64,000 bases of DNA, from NCBI RefSeq assembly GCF_009914755.1, contig NC_060939.1, one strand, 5' to 3'. The notes under the pieces are model-generated. The model was given only the letters and a program-made list of their open reading frames with translations. It had not been told where the DNA came from and searched no databases. The position numbers and the translations under genes are program-made. How positions within the stretch are numbered: the first letter of the stretch is position 1; each line of letters starts with the position of its first letter. Positions 41,470 through 52,115 of this stretch are shown piece by piece. This stretch comes from the human T2T-CHM13v2.0 reference genome, Homo sapiens.

Positions 41470-43600
41470 CTAGTGGTCTTTGGGCAGGAGTTTGAAGAGA
41501 TCATTGGAAAGACATCAGAAGAATTTAAATGACCCATATCCCATCTTTCAGAATGAAACTAATATTCATTAAAAAAAATTGTATGCTCTGGCTGAGAATT
41601 TATACAGCCTTCTAAAGAGGAGACAGGTATGCTTTTGGTTTCCAGTGATCAGTCTGTGAACTTGGGGCATTACTCAGTGGATCTGGAACCTTCTTACTCT
41701 CACCAGTTGGTTTAGGCCATCCCCCTTCCTCTTGAAACCAACTTTGTTTGATATGTCATTGTAGATTTTCTATTATTTCCCCCAAATCATTCCTTAATGA
41801 ACAGTACACCTTAAATGCCTTCTCTTTGTATCCAGAAATTATCAGCTCAACCAATAAATAGTATGTTTGTTAGTCAAGCCAGTGATCCAGGAAAGACCTG
41901 GGGTTTTTTTTTTTTTTTTTTTTTTTAAAGATGGGCAAAGTTTAAAAAAGAATTTTTAAAAAATCAAACGTTTTGAGATAGTTATAAATTTATATGCAAT
42001 TGTAAAAAAAAATACAGCTAGATGCCATATACCCTTTATCCTGTTTCCCCCAAATGTAATGTATTGCAAACTATAGTACAATAGCATGACCAGGATACTG
42101 ACATTGATACAGCTGAGATATAGAACATTTACATCACTCCCCGCATTCTTCATGTTGTCCTTTTATAGCCATGCCATCTCGCTTTCCCTCCCATCCCTCC
42201 TTGACCCAACTAGTGTACTTCTCTCTGGTTTTTAAATTTTATCATTTCCAGGATGGTATATAGATGGAATCATACAGAATGTAACCTTTTGGAATTGGCT
42301 TTTTTCTCTCAGCATTGTTCTCTGGAGATTCCTCCAAGCTGCTGCATGTATCAACAGGTTCTTTCCTTTTTATTGCTCAGTGGTATTCTATAGTATAGAT
42401 GCACCACAGTTTGTTCAACCATTCACTCATTGAAGGACTTATGGGATGTTTCTTGTTTTGTACTATTATAATAAAGCTTCTATGAACACAGCTTTTTGTG
42501 TGAATATGTTTTAATTTTTTTCTGGGATAAATAGGAGTGTGAATATGTTTTAATTTTTTTCTTGGATAAATATCTAGGAGTGTGAATGTGATTTAATTTT
42601 TTTCTGAGATAAATATCTAGGAGTGCAATTGCTAGGATGAATGGTAATTACATGTTTAGCTTTTAAAGAACCTGCAAAACTACTCTCCAGAATGGCTGCA
42701 CCATTTTGCATTCCCAACAGCAATGTATGAGTGACCCAGTTTCTCTGAATTGTTCCCAGCATTTGGCATTGTCAATATGTTGTATTTTAGCCATTCTGAT
42801 AGGTATATGTGATATTATATTGTGGTTTTACGCAGTTTTCTAATGGCCAATCATGTTGAATGTCATTTCATGTGCTCTTTTGCCACGTATATCCTCTTTG
42901 GTGAAATATCTATTCATGTCTTTTGCCCATTTCCTAATTGGATTGTTTGGGGTTTGTTTTTTTTTTAAACTGTTGAGTTTTGAAAATTTTTTATGTATTC
43001 TAGATATGAGCACTTTGTCAAATATGTGGTTTGTAAAGACATTCTTCCAATCTCTAGTAAAACAAAACAAAACAAAACAAAACAAAAAACCTTTTTAACA
43101 AGGTCTTTGAAAGGTACAAGTCTTTAGTTTTGATGAAGTCCAATTTAGTTTTTCCTTCTATGGATTGTGCTTTTGGTGTCAAGTCTAAGAATTATTTTCC
43201 TACCTTAGATCCCAGAGATTTTCTTCTGTGTTTTTGTTTTCTAAAGGTTTCTTAGTTTTGCCTTTTACATTTAAGCTCACAGTCCATTTTGAGTTAAATT
43301 TTGTGTAAGGTGGAAGTTTAGTTTGAGGTTTATTTATTTTGCCTGTGAATATCCAGTTGCTCCAGCGCCATTTGTTGAGAGGGTTATTCTTCCTGCAATA
43401 ATTGCTTTTGAACCTCTGTAAAAGTGGGTTGGGCATTTTTGTGTTAATTTCTGGGCTCTCTATTCTGTTTCATTGACCTGTGTGTCTATCCCTCTACCAG
43501 TATCACATAGTTTTGATGACTGTGGCTATATTATGTCTTAAAATCTGGTAGACTGAATCTTCCACTTTATTCTTTTTTAAAATTGTTTTAGCTATTCTAG

Positions 43601-43927
<327 letters not shown>

Positions 43928-45387
43928 ACCTTTTCATATAAATGTTAGAATTACCTTGTCTGTATCTATACAAATTTTGCTGAAGTTTTGATAGGTTGAG
44001 TATGACTATGTTGAGTATTCCAGTCCATGAACATGGTCTAAGTAAATCTCCATTTATTTAGATGTTCACTGCTTTCATCATTTGATTTTGTATTTTCAAG
44101 CATACAAGTCCTGTATGTGTTGTGCTAAACTTATACCTAAGGGTTTAATGTTTTTGAGTGATTATAAATGGTATATTTTTACATTTTAGTATCCTTCTGT
44201 TCATTGCTAGTATACAGAAATGCAGTTGTATGTTTTTATTTATGTTTATTTTATATCAGGACCTTTATTTCTTTACCTTGCTGAAATCACATATTCTACA
44301 AAGTTTTCTTTTTTTTTTTTTTTTTGTGACAGGGAGGTGGTAGATTCCTTGGGATTTTTTATATAGACAATCATGTCATCTGCAAACAGGGACAGTTTTA
44401 TTTCTTGCTTTCTGATGCTTTCTGATCTATATACCTTTTGCTACTTACTTCCTGCCTTATTACGCAGGCTAGAAGCTCCAATACTATGTTGAATCAGAGT
44501 GGTGGGAGCAGGTATCCCAGCCTTAGTCTCAGTCTTAGGGGGAGGTATTCAGTTTCTTACTATTAAATATAATGTTAATTATAGATCTTTTGTGAATTGG
44601 ATGCTCTTTAGTTGAGAATGTTCCTCTCTATTCATAATTTGTTTGGAGCTTAAAGAAAGTTTAAATCATGAATGGATTTTGAGTTTTGTTAAATGCTTTC
44701 TCTGCATTTATTGATATGATCATGTGATTTTTCCCTCCTGATTTTAAACTATCAAACCAGCCTAGCATTCCTGGAATAAACTTCACTTGATCCTACTGTA
44801 TAATTCTTTTAAAAATTGCTGACTTTTATTTGCTTGTATTTTGTTAAGGATTCTTGTGTCTATATTAATGAAATATATTGGCTTATAGTCCTTTTTTCAT
44901 GTTTTCCTTTCTTTTAGGATACTATTTGGATTTTGATATTGAATAATACTGACATCATTAAATGAGCTGAGAAGGATTTCTTCCTCTTCTATTTTCTGGA
45001 AGAGATTGTGTAGAATTGATGTTTATTCTTTTTTGAACACTAGGTAGAATTCTCCACTGAAACCAGTTAGACCTGGACATTTCTTTTGGGGGAGTTTTAA
45101 AATATGAATTCAGTTTCCTTAATAGTTATGAGGCTATTCAAATTATTATATTTAATATCGCATAAGTTGTGGTAGTTTGTACTTTTTAAGGAATTGGTCT
45201 ATTTCATCTAAGTTGTCAGATGTGTGTTGAGTTGTTTATAGATGTCTGCAGGGTCTGTGGTAATATATCTTGTTTAATTTCTGATATTGGTAATTTGTAT
45301 TTTATCCTTTTTTTCTTTGTCAGTCTTACCAGAAGTTTGTCAATCTTACTGATTTTTTTTGTTAACATTTGATTAGTGGTTTTTAGA

Positions 45388-45737
45388 TTTTTTATTTTTT
45401 ATTTTACTTTAAGTTCTGGGATACATGTGCTGAATGTGCAGGTTTGTTACATAGGTATACATGTGCCATGGTGGTTTGCTGCACCTATCAAACCATCATC
45501 TAGGTTTTAAGCCCCGCATGCATTAGGTATTTCTTCTAATGAGCTTCCTCCCCTTACCCCCCAATCCACTGACAGGCCCCGGTGTGTGATGTTCCCCTCC
45601 CTGTGTTCTCATTGTTCAACTCCCACTTATGAGTGAGAACATGCAGTGTTTGGTTTTCTGTTCCTGTGTTAGTTTGCTGAGGATGATAGTTTCCAGCTTC
45701 ATCCATGTCCCTGCAAAGGATATGAACTCATTCTTTT
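45388..45737 (-). mobile_element. L1PA 3' end (about 350 bp) nested in the older L1
   Basis: tactttaagttctgggatacatgtgc...aggccccggtgtgtgatgttcccctccctgtg...catccatgtccctgcaaagga. Confidence 0.92.
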
Positions 45738-46819
45738 AAAAGAATCAGTTTCTCGTTTCATTGGGTTTTTTTTTTTCTATTTTTTTTATGTTTTCAGTTT
45801 CATTGATTTCTGTTCTTTATTATTTCTTTCCTTCTGCTTGCTTTGGGTTTATATTGCTCTTCCTTTTCCAGATTCTTGAGGTAGGAGCTTCGATTATTGA
45901 ATTCAGACTTCCTTTTTTCTAGTATCAACATTTAATGCCATATATTTTATTTTAATTTCCATTCAGGTCAGTGTGTGTTTAAAACAAAATTTTCTTGAGG
46001 CTTGCTCTTTGACCCATGGATTACTTAGAAGTGTGTTGTTTAATTTCTAAGTGCTTGGGTGTTTGCCTGTTGTCTAGTTCGAGTCCATTTTGGTTAGAAA
46101 ACCAGTCTGTATGATTTCAGTCCTTTTACATTTGTTGAGGTTTGTTTTATGGCTCAGGATATGGTTTATCTTGGTATATATTCTTGAAAAGATTGTATAT
46201 TTTGCTAGAAAGAGATTTCAAAAATAGTAAATATGAATCAACCTGAAGGATAAAAATAAATGATTTTTCTTTCCTTTGGCAATAGAAATATTGTTACTAG
46301 TTGGACAAGTTATCTTTATTCACAGCCTGAGTTATACAAAAAATAGGAATACATCCTTTTTGGTGGTTTACAAATCTAATTATATTTTCATGTTAAAAGT
46401 AAGTGGTGGAGGATATGTGAAGTGTCATAGTATTTGCCACAGAGGCTTTTTCCCATTCAAATTGTAATTGTGTGGAATTTTTTATTTTGTAGTTGCTTTA
46501 GTAAAAACAAATGATAGAAAAAGCTTGCTTTAAATTAAATTGAACAATGCATAAGAGTATAGAGTAGAAGAAAATATATTTTGGATCATACTTTTGACAC
46601 CACCTTTTTCCTCTCTCACAATACATTTGGAGGATCTTTTCAGATAGACGTACATAGAATGTCCTGTATGCCATTCTTTGATGGCAGCAGCACAGCTCTC
46701 CAGATGCTGATTTAAAAGGAGTTTAGCCACCTGCCATTTCTTTCTTCTGGTGCCCAGTCTCACTAACCTCTCCTAATAGTCTAGCATTGGCCCCTAGAGA
46801 AATTCAAAGGTCTGCCAAG

Positions 46820-46935
46820 GTAAGTCAGCAAACCAGTCAAGGGCCAGGAAGTCAGGAATGTGTGAGTAGCTGAGTCAGGGGTCTGGAATCAGAAGTGAGG
46901 GTGAGTCAGGAGCAGGGCCCGGGCTGACTCAGGCA
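46820..46935. promoter_or_regulatory. Candidate enhancer: three AP-1 sites plus ETS, TEAD and MAF motifs
   Basis: TGAGTCA 46871 and 46902, TGACTCA 46925; CAGGAAGT 46845; GGAATG 46855; GTCAGCA 46824. Confidence 0.6.
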
Positions 46936-48729
46936 GGCTGAGGTGGTGACCTGTGGAATCAGCTGCCTTACTGGTGCTCCAGGGCAGGGGCAGGCTCACC
47001 ATGCTGAGGCCTGAAACTTCACTTCTTTCAGGGATCAGCTAATAGATGTGGTCAAGGAATTTGGTCCCAGTCAACCTTCCCTGCTTCTTCTGTGTTAGGT
47101 CATCTGTCAGAAAATGTTAACCAAACTTTAGGGCCACATGACTTTGTTTCTCTTTGTGGAAATGGGAATGATATCACTGCAAAGAGTCAGGGAAGAGGTC
47201 GTGGGGGGAAAGGAAGAGGGGGTCAAATAAATCAGCGAGAAAGAGAGAAACAGTTGGAAAGCCAGACAGATACTGGGCGCTTCTGCAAGAGTTATAAACT
47301 GTTCTTATCACCAAATCTGGTCCATTCTGTCACTCACATGAGTCCGTCCAGTCTTCCTCTCTCTTATTCCCAAAATTTTAGCCTTTTAACTGAAGTCCCT
47401 CCTCACAGCTGTGGATTGATTGGAGAGAATGAGTGAGAACAGCTTGTCAAGGGTGACCTTCAGCTTTTACGTTAGGTGACTGGTGAATATTGGAGGCATT
47501 GAGAAGGAACAGAGGAGGTCCATGTCTTGGAGTGGTAAGTGGGATGAGGACTTCCATTTTGTGCATGTTGAATCTGACCGTGTTGAGTTTGAGGCATCTG
47601 TGGGACACCCAAAGAGGGGTATCTGGCACAAGAGAAAGGCTAGGCTGAAGCTACTGATTTTGGTTGGGCCCAACAGGTGCTTGCAATAGTTGCATGCTCC
47701 TGAGGGGGAGGCTGTTTGCATTCTGTCCTTGTTTTACATTTCCATTGGGAGTGGTGTTTTAGAACTTCTTACAGATGTCACAATAATTGTAGACCTGGCC
47801 CTACCAGCCATGCTTGAGGTATTATGTAGATTATCTACTTCTTTGCTGCTAGTTTTCCCAGCCCAGTTCAACTATTTCCTGATGCAAATGAAGCTTCTAA
47901 GTGTACAAACTTAAAATACCTTTATTACCAGTGCAACCACACTAAACTCTAATTGCCCAGCAACTAGAAAGACTAGGATTAGACAGTTTATTGTATGTGT
48001 GCATTTTGATGGAGGGAAGAGATGAATATTTGCAAATTCATATTATGAAGAACAAGAGTACTTCTCCTTGGGAGATGGGTTTTTCCAAGATGGTAAATGA
48101 GTTGCAAAGAACAACTTTTTCTTTCTTTTCTTGAGCTTATTCAACTTTTTTTTTAAAGCTTATTTTGACTTCAGCCAACATTACTTATTTTCAGGTATAC
48201 AGAGTCAAAAAAAGGTAAAAGAGGAGGATTGGTTTATTGCTGTTTTTCTGGGCAAAAGTGATACTTAGTGGGACCATTTGGCCAGTACTGACATACTGGG
48301 TTAGGATACATATTTTTCTCAAAAGCATTTTGAGGAATTCTTAAGGGTTGGCATTCTCTGATATTGGTAATAATATAAGTGTTATTGGTTGTTACCAAAT
48401 GAATCTATATACTCAGATTTTCCTTTTGTTCAGGTTATTTTATATTTTAAAAAGATCCATGTTGAGGCAGATATTTATACAGAACCAAGTGATTAGAATT
48501 GTGATGAGTTGCTAGCTTTGTAGATTGTGCTGTTATTGAGAACTTTGCCTTTACTGGTTTTTTACTTCTCTTAATGTACAGATCTGAGAAACAGAGTTGC
48601 TGTAAAAGTTCAAATGCTGCCAGATAGGCTAAGTGGGGAGAAAAAAATCTTTAGATTACCTCTCTCAAAGAGAGTCACCAATATTCTACAGTCTCTGGAT
48701 ATAGTTTTCGAGTATACAGAGGGTACAAG

Positions 48730-50540
48730 GTTTTGCATGGACGGACGTTTTCATTTCTTTGGCGTGTATACCTGGGAGTAGAGTTGCTGGGTCATAAAAT
48801 AACTGAGGAATTCCCAAAATGTTTTCCAAAGTGACAGAACCATTTCTCATTCCCCTAGTAATGCCTGAGGGTCTTCATTTCTCCACATCCTCTCCCACAC
48901 TTGTTATTATCTGCCTTTTTTATGATAGCCATCTTCGTGGGTGTGAAATGGTATTTCATCGTGGCTTTGATTTGCATTTCTCTGATAACTAATGATATCA
49001 AGTATCTTTTCATGTGCTTATTGGCCGTTTGTATGTCTTCTTTGGAGAGCTATCTGTTCAGATTCTCTGCCTATTTTAAAATTGGGTTGTCTTTTTATTA
49101 CTGAGTTGTAATGGTTCTTTATATATTCTGGATATCAGTCTCTTAGTACATATTTAATTTGCAAAATTTTCTCCCCTTCTTCAGATTGTCTTTTCACTTT
49201 TTAAATGCTATCCTTTGAAGCGCAAAGATTTTTAATTTTCATGATGTCCAGTTTACTCTTTTTTCTGTTGGTACTTGTGTTGTATCTAAGAAACCATTTC
49301 CTCATCCAAGGTCATGAAGACCTTCTCTTCTTCTGCAGTCGAGTGAGAAGTGAGCAGAACTGGTGTAGGGACTGCTTCTACTGAAGGGGGTGCAAGAGAG
49401 AAGACTTAGCCATGTCATCCTTGATCATAAAGGTGATCAACACTGAGAAAGCCCAAGGGTACACTGGTCCCTTCAGTCAAGCTGCATTAGTTGACGGGAT
49501 CCTTTACATTTCAGGAGAGCTAGGCATGAACCTTTCGAGTGCACAGCTTGTGCCAAGAGTGGGTAACAGAAGAAGCTAAACAGGCCCTTAAGAACATGGG
49601 TGATATTTTGAAAGCTGCAGGCTGTGACTTCACTAATGTGGCAAAAACAACTGTTTGGCTAGCTGACACAAATGACTTCAGGGCTGTCAATGTAATCTAC
49701 AAACAGTATTTTAAGAGTGGTTTTTCTACTAGAGCTGCTTACCATGTTGCTGCTTTACCCAAAGGAGGCCAGGTTGAAATTGAAGCAGTAGCTGTTCAAG
49801 GACCTCTCACAACAGCCTGTCTATAAGTGGGCCCAGTGCTGTCTAGTCCGGAATTTTTAACGTCTTCATTGTCACATTTGATATAACATCTTAATTAACA
49901 TCTTGATTTTTATAATTGATGAAAAGTGTAAGTTTGACTAAAGTATCCAAAGTTATGGAAATACTATATAATAGAATTAAACATGAATTGAAGGTTAGAT
50001 GGTGAATCCAGTTACTGATGTTACAAATTACACTTATGCACACCCATATCACTGAATGTAGGAAAGAGATACTCATTACATAGTTACTCAAATAACAGGG
50101 AAATAACATGTAGGAAAGATGAGTTGTTGTTCCTGAGAAATAATCAAGAGCATACCTAATTCCAATAAATTGAGTGATGTCATATATTTAGTTAACATGT
50201 CAGGTATGTGATTCTGGTAATTCTGCTTTTACTAGTTTAAAATTAAAATATTTAAATTTGAATGGTAGGGGTAAAGAAATAGAAAATGGACCAAAACTTT
50301 ATATAGATAATATTTTTCTAATGGATAGAAAATAGACATGCAGATTTAAGCTTTACTCTTTTTCTAAGAATTTAATAGTTTTAGCTCTTACATTTAAGTC
50401 TATGACTCATTTTGAATTAAATTTTGAACATAGTATGAGGTAGGAGTCTATTTTATTCTTTTGCATGTAGATATTAGTTGTCCCATCACTGTTGGTTGAA
50501 GAGACGATTCTTGCCTCATTGAATTGTCTTAGCACTATTC
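48730..50540 (-). mobile_element. L1MB-like element split by the RIDA retrocopy
   Basis: L1 text ...atccaaggtcatgaaga stops at 49320 and resumes tttactc...tctaagaatttaatagttttagctcttacattt at about 50352. Confidence 0.85.
49321..50345 (+). pseudogene. RIDA: Processed pseudogene of RIDA (HRSP12/UK114, YjgF/YER057c/Rid family): 5'UTR, CDS 49412-49826, 3'UTR. Symbol given is the parent gene.
   Basis: Intronless. ATG at 49412 gives MSSLIIKVINTEKAQGYTGPFSQAALVDG...; after a +1 frameshift near 49558-49561 it continues [24 protein letters not shown]...[12 protein letters not shown]...[16 protein letters not shown]. Span is 415 nt = 414 + 1. Interrupts an L1. Confidence 0.93.
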
Positions 50541-51149
50541 TGTTCCTCTTAAGTTTTATTTTCCAGGCTCCCTACCATTCAAGTGGTTTCCCAGACATTA
50601 GTTTTGGTGCTGAAGCTTGGATATTAAAGCATCTGCTCAAAAGAGACTGTTTAGACCAGAAGTGACTGAGATACTACTAACTATTAAGTTCAAGTTAGGG
50701 TTACTGCCATTGTAGGTAGATGAGAGGTTGTGAGAGAAATTAGAGAGATTGTGAGGAAAATTAAGCTGTTACTAGAAAAATAAAAACAGTAGCGTTTTCT
50801 CTGGATGTCTGGAGGTTGGGGAAGCATATTTTCAACCCTGCTTTGTGTGCAGCCTTACTGATGGTAACTTGGTCACCTGGAGAGATTTCGTGACAGACAC
50901 AATTTCTCTACTGTAGACTGGACTTTTACACATGGACAACAGTAGTTACTTGAAATAGTGAAAAAAAATGAAAATAAGCAATAAAAATCAGGAATTCTCA
51001 TAGTGGCTGTGTTACTCTGCTATTAAAAAGCTGTGTAACCTCAGGCAACTGCTCCAACCTTGCTTTATCTTATATTAAATGGGGATACTGGATTTATGAC
51101 CTCTGGCTCTCTCTGGCATTAAAGTTCTATGACGTTGATGCATTTGAAG

Positions 51150-52115
51150 ATGATGTTAACGTGGGCAGGCTTTGATGTTTAGAAACCACATTATAAAAAC
51201 CTACCTAGCAGTGCCAGAAAGTAAGGAAGTGCTCCAAACACACACACACGCACGCACGCGTGCGTGTGCACTCACATTGATGAGGTATGGCACAGGGACA
51301 CAGGAACGAAATACAGAAGCTGCCGGTGGCCAAAGTCACAAAATAAGGTAGTATTGGATTATGACCCCAAAATAAAATAAATGCTCATGGTGTTCACACT
51401 GATGTAACAAGTAAATGAATACATAAATGGGGAATAATAGAGGACTCTACCTTCTGGAAGAGTTCCAAATAATTTATTTAGATATATTGCCTTCAAGTAG
51501 GTAGGGGCTCACACCCCATTCTTGAAGTTGGGCTGCACATAGTGAATTCCTTCCAGAGTGTACAGGATGAAGTGGGGGAGAAAAGAGTCACTTTTTCTGG
51601 TGGATTGGGGAGTCAGTAGAGAAACCTGATAAACATTACGTCAGCCACGTGATCAATTTCAGCATCAATCACATTGATAGTATCTACCCTTGATATGATA
51701 TGCTGAAAATGACACTTTACCTTCATGGTCTTTCTACCCCAAACATCAGACAAATTCCAATTGAGGAACATCCTGCAAATATACCTTGCGCAGTACTCCT
51801 CAAACTGTTACAGTCATCAAAACCAGGGAGTCTGAGGAGCCGTCACAGCCAAGAGGAGCCTGAGGAGCTATGATGACCGAATGTGATGGGGTATCCTGAG
51901 TGGGATCAAGAGTCAGAAAAGGATGTTAGGTAAAAACTAAGGAAAGCTGAATAAAGTATGGACTTTGGTTAATAATAATAGATCAGGATTAGTTCATTCA
52001 TTATGACACATGTACCATGTTCGTGTAAGATGCAGTAACAGGGGAAGCCGAGTGTGGGATGAAAGGGAATTTCGTATTATTTTAGCAGTTTTTCTATAAT
52101 CTAAAGCTTTTCTAT
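51150..52115 (+). mobile_element. L1MC3/4-like 3' region
   Basis: catcagacaaattccaattgagg...cagtactcctcaaactg...gtcacagccaagaggagcct...aataaagtatggact. Confidence 0.75.

Noticed and set aside
42498-42623. About 40-bp repeats as a CRISPR-like array
   Set aside because: Head-to-tail with no unique spacers, inside a human L1, no cas genes.
42574-43436. Minus-strand ORFs resembling L1 ORF2
   Set aside because: Fragmented remnants of a dead L1; not an active element.
49539-49826. 95-aa ORF as an intact Rid-family gene
   Set aside because: Starts at a GTG in a non-homologous frame; it is the post-frameshift half of the pseudogene.
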